Positions 13,928 through 25,762 of a DNA stretch of 64,000 nucleotides are shown here, piece after piece. A program made the translations under genes and the position numbers. The stretch is from Gracilinanus agilis (Eukaryota), in the NCBI RefSeq assembly GCF_016433145.1, contig NC_058130.1:592724195-592788194 (forward strand), given 5' to 3'. Below the pieces are notes generated by a model that searched no databases, had not been told where the DNA came from, and saw only the letters and a list, made by a program, of their open reading frames with translations. Each line of letters opens with the position of its first letter. Positions within the stretch are counted from its first letter, which is position 1.

Positions 13928-14459
13928 AATATATATATATAAAATATATATAATATATAAATATTACCTAATCAGGTGGGAATAGATCAAAATAAACTTA
14001 GAATTATAAAAATAATTCCAAGTGCCAAAATATTCCCCTCTCTAAAAAAGGAAGATGAAGTCAAAAGAGTACTGGTCTTAGAGTGGAAGTCTTAGCTTGA
14101 GTCTGACCTCTGATATTTGCTGGCTAAAGGACCCTAGGCAGGAGGATACAGTTACACGAGTTGTTGAGACCAAAAAAAGTAACGTCCAAATTTTTGGTGA
14201 TAAAATTTTCTGACCTTAGCTAGTCTGATCCAATAGACAGTCTGTCACGGAGACAGACTATGAAAACCTTTTAAATTTGGTAGAAACTGTCAAATCTTGT
14301 GGTCCACTGGGAGACTATTTGACAGGGTTACCACCCTGTCACAGTGAGGTATCAGCTTTGGACTTTAGCGGAGGGGACTGACATGTCAAGAGTTTTAAGT
14401 TTTGCAGGGAAAGAAACGAGGTAATTGTTATCGTGTAATTGATGTGAATTCTTAAGTAG

Positions 14460-14720
14460 AAATACTATATAAAACAAATAGCTAACATTAATATAGGATT
14501 TTGTGCTTGACAAAGCACTTTAATAATAATATCATCTCATTTTATCTTCACATCAACTTTTGGAAGTAGAGGATATTGCTCTATTTTAGAGATAAGGAAA
14601 TTGAGGTACACATAGGTTAAGTAACTCACCTGAGGTTACACAGCTAATATCTGATTTTCCTAGTCAGAATTCAAACTAAGAATTTTCTGTCTCCAATTCC
14701 AGAACTCTATCCACTGCAGC
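14460..14720 (-). mobile_element. MIR (CORE-SINE)
   Basis: ctattttagagataaggaaattgagg...ggttaagtaactcacctgaggttacacagcta...gaattcaaac...actctatccactgc matches near full-length reverse MIR. Confidence 0.85.
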
Positions 14721-15594
14721 ACATAACTGCCTGGCATTAGCATGATACTTTTAAAATTTGCAAACTATAAGCATATCAAAATTAAATCTTACAACAATAC
14801 TATCAGAAAGTTACTATAAATCTTTATCCCCATTTCACAGATGAGGAAAGTCAGACTCAAGGAAATCTTTCTTTAAAGTACTGTCCCTTTTCATAGAGAT
14901 AAGTGCTAAGAGGGACAGAAAAATTACTTTTTTGTCAAGAATATTATTTTAGATAATGGATAAATGATATAAAATATTGCTTTGTTATACAGGAGCGTTT
15001 TAATACTTGAAAGGATTAAGAAAAGATCTTTGATTTCATAAAAAACTATTAAAGTTTATATCAGAAGAAATAGTGTTCAAATTAAATTTGAACAATATGA
15101 GACAGAAAATAAGCTACATAGTAAATATAAAGACTTATATTACTTTGTAAAGAATAAAGAAAGGATCTATTTGTATGTAACCATTTTGATAGTTGAAAGA
15201 GGAAGAAAACTATTTTTTATTTTTCACAAATTAGAAAAATGTGAGTTCAAAAAAATACAGTATCAGGGATATAAAATGAAATGGTGGGCCAGGTTGAGAA
15301 CATTGGGCTTCAGGGCGTTAGGATCCCCCAGCTTATTTTCACAGGATTGTTTTTAGAAGTAAAAAGATGCTCTAATTCAAGCTATTGAAAAGGGAAGGAG
15401 GTAAGAGGCTGAGGATGAAAAGGGCAGAACATGACAAAAAAAAAGTCAGAGAAATATTAGGGATCAAAAGCAGCTCCATGGAAATATGTGGGGAGGGGTA
15501 CAGAAGTAAAGATAATGTGGTGAGCTGGGAAGTCTTAAAGACCAGCAGAAAATTAGTTGGAGAGAAGTTTTGTTTTTTGTTTTTTTGTTTTTTG

Positions 15595-15705
15595 CTGTGT
15601 GACCCTGGGCAAGTCACTTAACCCCTATTACCTAGCCTTTACTACTCTTCTGCCTTAGAACCAATTGGTTCTAAGTTGGAATGTAAGGATTTTAAAAAGA
15701 GAAGA
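15595..15705 (+). mobile_element. SINE1_Mdo-type SINE, 3' half
   Basis: gctgtgtgaccctgggcaagtcacttaacccctattacctagcctttactactcttctgccttagaacc is the core plus the diagnostic tail. Confidence 0.85.
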
Positions 15706-15847
15706 AAAGAAAACAGCATCAAGTCAGCTTGAGTCAATGATAGAAAATGATTGAATCTGAAAAGACTAAAGTAGAGGGAAAGTTGGTGTACAACTTTTTG
15801 TTCACAGATAACTACACTCATTGCAGCCTCAGAGACTGAAATGCAAG

Positions 15848-16142
15848 TGTAAGACTAAAAATGAATGAATACTCCAAGAATTTAAATTTATAGGATTTAT
15901 TAACAACAAAGTGAGCGAGAAAAGGGGTTCTTCAGCTGAGTGAACAGAGCAAAGAGCCAGAGACCCAGCAGCCTACCACACTTGTGCTGAAGCTCCCCCA
16001 AAAAGTCCCTCAGCAAGGGTTTCAGCAAATTTATCAACAAACCCACACCATGTTGCAACACCGGGGCATAAGACAAGGGAACCCTGGGAAGAGTAAAAAA
16101 TGTTGGGAAATGAAATCCCCGGGTGCAGTTTTTTAAAATACA
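15848..16142 (-). mobile_element. Solo LTR (295 bp), probably ERV1 class
   Basis: Starts TG (tgtaagac) and ends CA (aaaataca). Perfect 4-bp TSD CAAG at 15844-47 and 16143-46. RTE sequence resumes seamlessly across it. A reverse AATAAA lies near the left end. Confidence 0.85.
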
Positions 16143-16319
16143 CAAGAGCATGGATTGATTCTCTGCCACTTGTGTTAATTTTGGCCTGAAAATTAACTCC
16201 AAGAAAACAGAAGTTCTCCATGAGCTAGCAGTATACAATCCATACATGGAATCATCATTTATAGCGAATGAGGAAATTTTGAATTCTGTGAATGTTTGCT
16301 TACCATGGCAGCATGCTTT

Positions 16320-17011
16320 AATTTTCTTTTTTACAAATTACATATCAATACAATTTCAATGACTATTTTCTAACATTTTGCAACCCATGTTCTCCTCACC
16401 CCTTATTTCTTCCTTCCTCCCCAAAATGGAAGATAATATGATAATCTATACATGTTATCATATTACATGTTCATCATGATGTAAAAGAAGATACATATCA
16501 GTAAAGCTAGATAAAAATTCATGGAGGAAATAAAGTGAAGAATGGTATGCTTCAAACTGCAAGAAAATCCTGTCAGTTCCTTTTATGGCAATGGATAGCC
16601 TTTTTTTATCTTGATTTTTATCTTTATCAACTTTGGAGTTGTCTTGGCTCTTTACATTGTTGATAATAGTTTCTATTCACAATTGATCATCAAATACTAT
16701 TAATATTACTGTGTATAATATTCTCTTGACCTGCTCACTTCATATAAGCCTTTCCAGGTTTTTTGTGATCATCTTATTCATCATTTCTTATGGCACAATG
16801 ATATTCCATTACAATCATATACCACAAATGATTCCCCAGTTGATGGACATCACTTCAATTTTCAGGGGATTTTGCCACTACAAAAGGAGCTGCCATAAAC
16901 ATTTTTGTAAAAGTAGATCTTTTTCTCCTATCTTTGATCTTTTTTGAGATACAGATCTAGTAGTGATATTGCCGGGTTCAAGGGTATATTCAATTTTGTG
17001 GGCCTTTGAGT
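16320..17011 (-). mobile_element. 5'-truncated L1 (ORF2 C-terminus plus 3'UTR) inserted in the RTE
   Basis: tttgccactacaaaaggagctgccataaacatttttgta is typical of the reverse L1 3' end. Degenerate 13-bp TSD ggcagcatgcttt / ggcattagacttt. Confidence 0.85.
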
Positions 17012-18639
17012 GGCATTAGACTTTCCAGGGATGTTGATATAGATGACAAGGTTGAAACATGCATTGTCAGAGTTAGCTCAGTGTTTGGGAAGGTTCTAAA
17101 GAAGAGAGAAGAGATATTAGACTGCTAACCAAATTGAAGGTCTATGGAGTCATTTGTTGACCTCTTCATTATATAGCTATAGAAGCTAAAAAGTATACTT
17201 GTGCCATGCCAGGAAACTGAACTGCTTCTAGTCTGAATTATCTTGGCAAGATTCTTAATATCACCTATGAAGATATGGTCCTGGAATACTGAGGGTCCTC
17301 CTTGAGTTGAAGAACAAATATTCCAATTGTATTCCAATGAACTGACCATGTTGTTTGATTGGCAAATGCACATTTGCCAAAAAGATTATTTTTATGGAAA
17401 ATTCACATGAGGCAAGTGCTCACAAAGAGGTCCAAATAAGTGATACAAGAACATTCTCCAAGTCTCTCAAAGAAATGAAATATTAATTGTGAGATCTGGG
17501 AGACACTGACACAAATTGGCCTGGCATGATATACCTTCCTTCATCAAAGATGGCACTGGGCTTTATGAGCAAAGCAAAACTGCATCATCTGAAAAAAACC
17601 AAGAGATTCACATATTTAGAGATATTTCCAACCCAAATGGTCATGCAGGCTATTTGTGACAGAAATGTGGCAGAGCCTTCAGAATTTATACTGGTCTGAT
17701 TAACCATAGTCTGACACACTATACATTGACCCAACATAATGATGTTCTTAAAGTGTGAAGGAAAGTAATGAACCAGTCCAGATAGTGTGAGAGCAGGTTG
17801 ATTTAGAAAGCCAAAATAGAAAGTAAGTAGAAATAAACATTCATAGATAAATAATATGAGGCCCCAATACAATTGTTTATGGGTAACCCATATAGTAGTA
17901 ATCATAACAGGATAATAGTACCATAAATCAAGAGCTGGGAAGGACCATCAATGGCATTTAATTCAACTCCCTTATTTGACATATGAGTAAATTGAGGCTA
18001 ATGTAGGCTAACATTCTCCCCAAACATAAAAACGATGGACAACAGGCCCTATCTGTACGATATATTTGCTTTTTTTTTTTGGTAATTGCAAAGAAAAAAT
18101 GAAAATTGCATGTCCAATTTGAAAATGGCCAAATAAATTATGGATGTAATGAGATGTTATTGTACTGTTAAAATGATAAATATGAAGCAGTGAAGTGTAA
18201 CCTGTGCCAACAAAAACATGCTGTCTTATGCTTTTCAAATCATTATTTACCTCTCAGCTTGGGATTATAATGACTGATAACAAAGAAAGTCTGAGAATCC
18301 CATTCCCTTACTAGGATGTTAAGGGAATGCTCGTAGTGGACAGGAAAGTCTCATGACACAGCAGAATCGTGGCTGTGAGAAAGCTGGAGATATGGAAATA
18401 AGGACAAAGGACAGAAGATACAATTTGGTGGGCAATTATTAAGCTCCTGATTTGTGCAAGGTTATTGTTCCACCCTAATTTCAAAGAGGACTAATGACAT
18501 TACAAGGTGATTCCTTGACTTGTGCAGGAATGGATTTTAAGTCTGGTAGAATTGCCCACAGTTTTTAAACTCTCTCATTCAGTCATCCAACTCCAATGTC
18601 AAAACAAAAGTCAAAGTAATAGTTTGGGATGTAATAGAT

Positions 18640-18910
18640 GACCCTTGGCCTCTTTAATGTAAACCAAGCTCTAATTTTTCCACAATACATGTTTCTGCCA
18701 CCTTCATGATCATTGGGACATATTGTTCTAATCTACCCATTCTGCTAAGGGAAGTCTTCATAAGTTTTGGGTAGAGACACCCTTAACTCTCCAAGGAGTT
18801 TGTGGGCCATTGGTTATCCTCCATCTAGTTTGGCCCATCTGCTGAGAAGATTTATCTGGGTATGGCCACTGTGCTTATTACAGCTTCTTGGAGCCACAGA
18901 TAAGAGAGGT
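18640..18910. mobile_element. RTE-related SINE or RTE 5' fragment (WALLSI/RTESINE-like)
   Basis: gggaagtcttca...tttggcccatctgctgagaagatttatctgggtatggccactgtgc...tacagcttcttggagccacag matches the marsupial RTE-derived SINE sequence as recalled. Confidence 0.65.
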
Positions 18911-19169
18911 AAGTTCTCACCCTGCGCAAGGTAAAGGGGATTCAAAGACAAAAAGAAAGAAAAACAAAAAATTCCCTGCCCTCAAGGATCTTATATTTTA
19001 TTGGGTAAATATGAGATAAGTAAGCATATGTTTCATAAATAACAAAGCAACACAATAAAAATTCTGATTGAAGAGTGCTAGAGGAGCATAGAAGAGTTTT
19101 CCTATCAGATTTATGGATAAGAGAAGATTTTATATACAAATAAGACACAAAGAACATAACAAGATACAA

Positions 19170-20255
19170 AAAAAATAATGTGACTTCTTAAAATTAAAAA
19201 GGTTTTGCATAAACAAAACCAAAGCAATCAAGATTAGGAAGAAAACAACAAACTGTGGAAAAATATAACAAGTATCTGAAAAATGCTTCATTTCTCAAAT
19301 ATAGAAAACTGAGTCAAATTTATAAAAATACAAAGCTTTCCCCAATTGACAAATAGTCAAAAGATATGAATAGAAAATTGAAGAAATTAAAGTTATGTAT
19401 AGTTATATGAAAAAATTCTCCAAATGACTAAAAATTAGGTAAATACAAATTAAAACAACTTTGAGTTCCCACCTTAAACTTATTTGACTGATTAAAATTA
19501 AAATGGAGAATGATAAATTTTGGAGGAGATGAGGTAAATTTGGAACACTAATATATCGTTGTTGGAGCTGTGAACTAATATAGCTATTCCTAAGAGCAAT
19601 TTGGACCCATAGCCAATGAATCATAAAACTGCATGCCCTTTGACTTAGCAATACCATTACTAAGTCTTTATCCAAAAAAGATCAAATAAGCAGGAAAGGG
19701 TCTATTTGTACAAAAATATTAATGGCAGCTCTTTTTGTAATGGCAAAGAACTGGAAACTGAAGAACTATCCATCTGTTGGGGAATGGCTGAACAAGTTAC
19801 TGTGTGTCATTGTACTGAATACTCTCATACAAGATAATATTAAAAAAATAAAAAGTACCCTGAAATTCTTATATGAAGTGATGCAAAGTGAAGTGAATAC
19901 AACCAGTAGAACTTTGTACACAAAAACAATACACTATAATGATTAACTAGGAATGATTTATGAAAGAATCTAGGGTGACTCCAAGGGACACATGGCAAAA
20001 AAGGCTACCCACTGCCATAGAAGGAACTAACAGTTGGAATGCTGATTGAAGCATACCATTCTACACTTTATTTCCTCCATGAATTTATCTCTAGAGTAAG
20101 AGATGTGTATCTTCTTTCACAACATGATGAACATGTAAATATATATTGTGTGATAACACACATAAAATCTATTTCACATTACCTACTATCTTAGGAAGGG
20201 GGAAAAAGGAGTGGTTCACAGATCATAAAATTTCAGAAAATGATTATTAAAAATT
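19170..20255 (+). mobile_element. L1 3' end (ORF2 C-terminus plus 3'UTR)
   Basis: The ORF at 19722-19946, AALFVMAKNWKLKNYPSVGEWLNKL, is the L1 ORF2 C-terminal motif, followed by marsupial L1 3'UTR. Confidence 0.92.
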
Positions 20256-20479
20256 GTGTCTGAGAAATAATTGTAAACTGGTCAAACTGTATTAGGAATA
20301 ATATAATCCTTCTTTGTGCATTAAATTTTAGGAAGGCCATTGATAAGATAAAACTTATCCAGAAAAATGCTTCTAAGGAATCAAAAATAATGTTAAGGGA
20401 GTATTGCTTGAAAGAACTGTGGAATTTAGCCTTTAGACCACTGCTTTATAGTACAGTTTAAGATCTGGTACTGTTTGGC

Positions 20480-20635
20480 CCCTATCCTTCACATTTTTTT
20501 TTCATTATTCCCCTTAATTTTCTAGATCTTTTGTTCTTCCAGGCAAATTTTGATATAATTTTTTTTCTAATCCTATAAAAAAAGGGTTTCGGTAATTTGT
20601 TAGGTATAACACTGAATAAATAAATTACTTCTCTA
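20480..20635 (-). mobile_element. L1 ORF2 internal fragment
   Basis: cttttgttcttccaggcaaattttgatataat...ggtaatttgttaggtataacactgaataaataaattac matches reverse L1 ORF2. Confidence 0.7.
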
Positions 20636-21189
20636 TATTTCTGATAAATGAAAAGCATTTCTTAAGCATATACTATGTAAAAAATACTGTGCTAAGCACC
20701 TTGGATATAAATAGAAAATAAGAGAGTCCCTGTTCTCAAGAAACTCACATTCTAATAGAGGTACCAATATAAATGAGGGGTTTCAGCTATAAACCAAATA
20801 GAAAATCTTATAATCTTTAGAGTGTAGTGGCATATAATATGTTCATAGATCTTTCCACTTATAAAACTTATAAACTTATAAAACTTATAAAAAATCCAAC
20901 ATTTCTGATATTGAAACATTTGACAGTCTTAAGAACTTCTATTTACAGAGCTAAGTCTTTAGTAGCTATGTTTTCTGAGAAGGTGGGTGTTTTAGCTCCT
21001 CTGGAAGCAGTTGCTAGATTATATCCCCTTTCAAGTTGCTTACTTTGATGATGTTTTTGGAGGCAGGGCTAGATGAAGATTTAGGGACTGGAGAGCTTTG
21101 CTATTTTCAGGAGACTTGAGCTCAAGATCCTGGTCTACCTCCATCAAGGTCTATATTAAAGGACTAGAAGTGGTGGTCAATATAATATT

Positions 21190-22040
21190 GATGATTCATC
21201 AGTGGGTAAATGATCAAATGATATGAACATTTAGTTTTCAGAAGAAGAAATCAAAGCTAACAATAGCCGTATTTTAAAAAATGTTTTAAATTACTAATAA
21301 TTAGCAAACTTCAAATAAAATAACTCTGAGGTACTATATCACACCTATTACATTGACTAATGGCATAAAAGGAAAATGACAAATGCTGGATGGGATGTGG
21401 AAAAATAGATATAGCATTATACTGTTGTTGAAGCTGTGAACTGGTCAACCATTTTGAGGAACAATTTGGAACCATGGCCAAAGGGTTTTAAAATACCTGT
21501 ATTGCTACAGACCTAAATGTACAAAAACATTTAATGTAGATTTCCCTGTGTTTGCAAGTTATTGGAAACTAAGGACATGTCTGCCAATTGGAGAATAGTA
21601 AAACAAATTGTGATATATTGTTTTGTGAGAAATGATAAATCAAATGATTTCAGAAAAACCTGGGAAGATTTATGTGAGTTGATGCAAAGTGAAATAAGAA
21701 CTAGGAGAAAATCAAAAAAGGTAACAATATCATAATGATAATCAACTGTCAAAGACTGGACTACTTTGATACAATGGTCCATGATAATTCCAAAGAACTC
21801 ATGATGAGAAATGATATATACCTCCAGATAGAATTGATAAATTGAGTGCATATTGAAACATGTTTTCTTTCACTTTCTTTTTGTTTTAACAACATGACTA
21901 AAGAACAAACGTTTCTCATTACTTCATATGTGTAAATAAAATCATATTTCTTGTCTTTATAATTGGTGGGAGAGAGTCAGGAGGGAAGGAAAGAATTTGC
22001 AACTCTAAATATTTTTCAATTAAATTACATTTTTAAAAAT
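21190..22040 (+). mobile_element. L1 3' end (older copy)
   Basis: aaaggaaaatgacaaatgctggatgggatgtggaaaaa and gatttatgtgagttgatgcaaagtgaaataagaac are L1 ORF2 C-terminus and 3'UTR. Confidence 0.85.
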
Positions 22041-22439
22041 TTTGATGGTGATTTTATTCAATCAGCACATTTTGTCTCCTTTTTTTGTTTGTTTTTGTTT
22101 TAGAGAGTCTTGCTGCTTCTATTAGATGGACTTGCCTCCAAAATAAGTGGTAGTACTTCAGGGATGACTGATCCATCAACATGGGAGTTCCTTCCCTTAC
22201 TGATGTTGGAGGTTGATGCAAAATCAGCGATCTGAGGAACGCTGCTATTCTGGGGGTTTGGGGTTTACTGCTCATTGCTGGCTTTTGGTCAATTGGTGGT
22301 ATTGGTAGTGGCAATGCAGATTGATCCCTCTCTTCACAGGGCAACTTATCTAATTCTTAAATAATTTGCATTTAAATTCTGATTTCTGTGCAACAATTCC
22401 TAAATTCTGCAGTCTGATTTAGTGTTCTCTCTGGGCACT

Positions 22440-23150
22440 ATTGTCCCATTTTTCTCATATAATTGGAAACTCTTCTTCCTTTTCCTCAATATATGGTCTA
22501 AATCTGTCTTGATTTTATCAGAATACTTTTTAAACAGAGTATTTGTTGTTCCCGGCCAATTCTATCATTTCTATTTCTTAAGCCATGGTTGAGAAAGCTA
22601 AATCCTGTGTTCTATTATTTTCTCAGTTCATTTCTTTAGTTTCTTTTCTTTTCCAAAAATGTAAACTTCTATTGAAAGTGGCAAAAACTTAAATTGTGAC
22701 AAAAATACAACTCTAACTCCAATATTTGTCCTAGACTTTGAGTATGGAGAAATCAGCATATTTGGCAAATGCATATAGTATCATAGATATTATGTACTAA
22801 GCTGGGAATACCCTTCTGATTACTTATGTCAGATCTACTTATGGCTGTCTTCAAAGTTACCATGACTTACATATTTCTTCTTACTGGGAACAGAATCAGA
22901 TTTCCTTAAACTGTGGTCTTTCTTCACCATTTTAAAGAGTACGAGATGCTGGTTCTTCCTGGAAATGCTATAGCCCTGGCCTTCTCAGCTTTAATCTCTT
23001 GGTAAAAGCTTCATAGTTATTTTGAGGGTTCAGTGGTTCAGAGATTCCCTTTATTACCTGACAATGGTTTGGATTATGCTCTGCCTCATGAGATTCATTT
23101 CCTTCTTGGCTTTCCTATTGTCCTAGTTCTTCCATTTCATTTCTCCAGTC
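22440..23150 (-). mobile_element. CR1/L3 LINE relic, ORF1 (SGNH esterase-like) region
   Basis: The minus strand at 22605-22560 reads GFSFLNHGLRNRNDRI, resembling the CR1 ORF1 esterase motif GFGFLDHGL.YRNDRL. Upstream gaagacagccataagtagatctgac resembles the EAAICRPD block. Many stops and frameshifts. Confidence 0.45.
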
Positions 23151-23359
23151 ATTTTTTATTTTTCCTATACCAGTATGACTATTTGTATTTATACATATAG
23201 GCTGATTGTCACTAAATGAAATAAAATTATAATATAAGCCTTAACTATCAGTAGAACTATTCACTTGCTTTCTCTTTGTTCTGCTTCTGACATCCTTGAC
23301 AAACTATTTACCATGCACGCTGGGCCACAGACTTTTGGTACCTTTACTCTACATACATC

Positions 23360-23395
23360 CATGCATACACATACATATATGGCACACAATTGGAC

Positions 23396-23430
<35 letters not shown>

Positions 23431-23500
23431 AAGGCATAGATATGTGTAAGTAAAATAGCAATTTATATGTACATAAATATGTATATGTATATATTTGATG
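23360..23500. repeat. Compound (TA)/(CA)/(GA) microsatellite-like tract
   Basis: Visible dinucleotide runs. Confidence 0.85.
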
Positions 23501-23519
23501 TCTTGAGCAGTATTATCAA

Positions 23520-23800
23520 TTTTGAGTACTTTGGCAGTTGGTACATAAAGTCCTGGGTCTGGATTCCAGAAAATTTAAGTTAAAAAAAATCCAGCCTCAG
23601 AAAAAAATTACTAGCTGCATTATCCTGGGCAAGTTGCTTAACCTCTGTCTGCTTCCATTTCCTCAACTGTAAAATGAGGACAATAAAAGCACCTACCTCA
23701 CAACATTATTGTGAGGATCAAATAGGAGAATTAATTTGTAGAGAGCTTATTTACTGCACTCTCTGAAACATAGTGGGTGCTTAATAAGTGCTTATTTCCT
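23520..23800 (+). mobile_element. MIR (CORE-SINE)
   Basis: ctgggcaagttgcttaacctctgtctgcttccatttcctcaactgtaaaatgagg...cacctacctcacaacattattgtgaggatcaaat. Confidence 0.88.
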
Positions 23801-23959
23801 TCCTCTGTCTCTTATCTCCACCTTTATTTTTTCATTGCATTTCAACACAAATTCATCCATTTGCCAGAGGTTGTTAATTAGCAGATTACAAAATCATATT
23901 CCACAGTTTTCTGCATATACATACCATTGTACTATTATAAGTAGCTAAGTTTCATAGTG

Positions 23960-24160
23960 AATAGTGTATTAGACTTGAAAGAAAGGAATGAGTTTAAATA
24001 ATGTATCAGAGGTTTAGCTCTACGATATCAAGGACATCACGTATCCATTCTTTACCTTGGTTACCTCATCTATAAAACAGATATAATCATAGCACCTACC
24101 TCATAGAGATGCTGTGAGGATTAAAAGAGATTATTTTTTAGACTTCTTTGTAAGCCTTAA
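23960..24160 (+). mobile_element. MIR (CORE-SINE)
   Basis: cctcatctataaaacag...agcacctacctcatagagatgctgtgaggattaaaagagat. Confidence 0.8.
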
Positions 24161-24559
24161 ATATATATGTATGTGTGTATATATATATATATGTATGTAT
24201 GTATATATGTGCTAGTAATAATACTTATTATTGTTGTTCTAAATTCCATCTCCATTTCACATCTTTATTTTTTTCTTCTTCCAGGTCCAAATTTGTCTAT
24301 GTTTCTCTTGGCTCTGACACAGTCTGTGAAGAGCCTGTATCTGCAATGGACCTGAGAGATGTCCTCATCCAACACTTTCTGCATAGATGATAGTGATAAA
24401 GCTCAGGAAAGCTAAATGACTTGACAAGGTCACGCAAATTACCAGTAGAAGAACCAGAATTAAGAACTATATTTCCAAACTCCTGTTTCAGTAAGCTTTC
24501 TACCACTTCACACTACTTCTCATTTGGCCCAGTTTCTATCTTTTATTAACCATGCACTA

Positions 24560-24765
24560 ATATAACCTCTTTTCCTTTGCAGCTTGACTTGTCCTTGAGA
24601 TCTCATATTTAGATTTTATATTTAACTTTTTTATAACTGGTTTATGTCTCATCTCTCCAACTAGACTGTAAAGTACTTGAGGGAATAGACCATGGCATTT
24701 ATATCATTTTATATCCCATAAACAATAATACATGGTAGGTGCTTAGTAAATATTTCCCAGTCTAA
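24560..24765 (+). mobile_element. L2 3' tail
   Basis: ctagactgtaaagtacttgagggaatagacc...catggtaggtgcttagtaaata. Confidence 0.8.
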
Positions 24766-25594
24766 TTAATTGCAGAATTTGATCATTTATTTCAGCTTAC
24801 AAGAGTCGGTTCTTTCCCAGTCTGCTCTAAGGCAACTGACATTTGATATACTTTTAAATGTAGTGCACAGCTAATAGGGTCAGAGAAATTTGATATGCTT
24901 TTAAACTTCCCAGGTCTCTTGTTAGAAAACTCAAGGGACTTTACGTATTGACTTTTCTTAATCTGTTAGCTCATTTTAACCATGTTCATATCTACAAATA
25001 CATCATGAGGTGAAAAGGGGCTCCACGAATCTTTGAATTTGTTTAGAATAAGCCTTATTATTTTTTTTGTCTTCAAAAGTATTTGGGGAACATTCAGCTG
25101 ACACATCCAAGAGGGCAAAATGGTGTTCTTGACACTGCTCTGTGTTGTCTCATAACCATATATCTTACCCTGGAGCATAAAAATAGAAGATAGGTAAAAG
25201 AAAAGTGAAGATGATAATAACACCAACAACAACCTTACATTCGTTCCCAGGAGATATCCCTTATGATTCTCTTTTTAGCCTTTCAGTTTTCAAATATTTT
25301 TTTGAATTTTATTTGATATATAATATAACATAATATATAAAATACCATAATATAATACATATAATTTGCTATAAATATATGATTATAATAAATAAGCTTA
25401 TCTGAGAGAAATAAATTCTCATATTGGGTGGGTCCAAAAAAATCTATGTCTTATTTTACTTCCCTCCTTCCCATCACCCATCCCCTCTACCTATGATAGC
25501 AGGTAATACAATATAGGTTGTATATATCATTATCTTTCAAAACCTAAAAAGAAAATAAAAATTTCGAAATTATTTATGGTCAGACCATCTACAT

Positions 25595-25762
25595 CAGTTA
25601 TGTCAAACTCAAGTAGAAGTGAGTTCCACTGCATATCAATTTGAAAGCCTCATATTAGCATTATGTTTTATTGTATTTTTACTTATTATTTCCCAATTAT
25701 ATTTTAGTCTGAAAATTAGGTCATACTTAGGAGCATCAGACTTCGTATTTGACACCTTTCTG
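25595..25762 (+). mobile_element. hAT-Charlie non-autonomous MITE (same family as 36567-36770)
   Basis: TIR-like ends cagttatgtcaaac / tttgacacctttctg. 8-bp TSD atctacat / agctaaat (6/8, NTCTAGAN-like). Confidence 0.75.

Larger units (their letters stand above)
15715..17740 (+). mobile_element. Marsupial RTE LINE 3' portion (RT domain to 3' end) in three pieces: 15715-15847, 16143-16319, 17012-17740
   Basis: Degenerate LFADD motif (ttgttcacagataac, about 15798). ggattgattctctgccacttgtgttaattttggcctgaaaattaactccaagaaaac and the 3' end tgtggcagagccttcaga...ggtctgattaaccatagtctgacacact match the RTE consensus. Confidence 0.85.

Noticed and set aside
15900-16247. 115-aa and 82-aa minus-strand ORFs
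   Set aside because: They lie almost wholly inside the solo LTR defined by TG..CA and the CAAG TSD.
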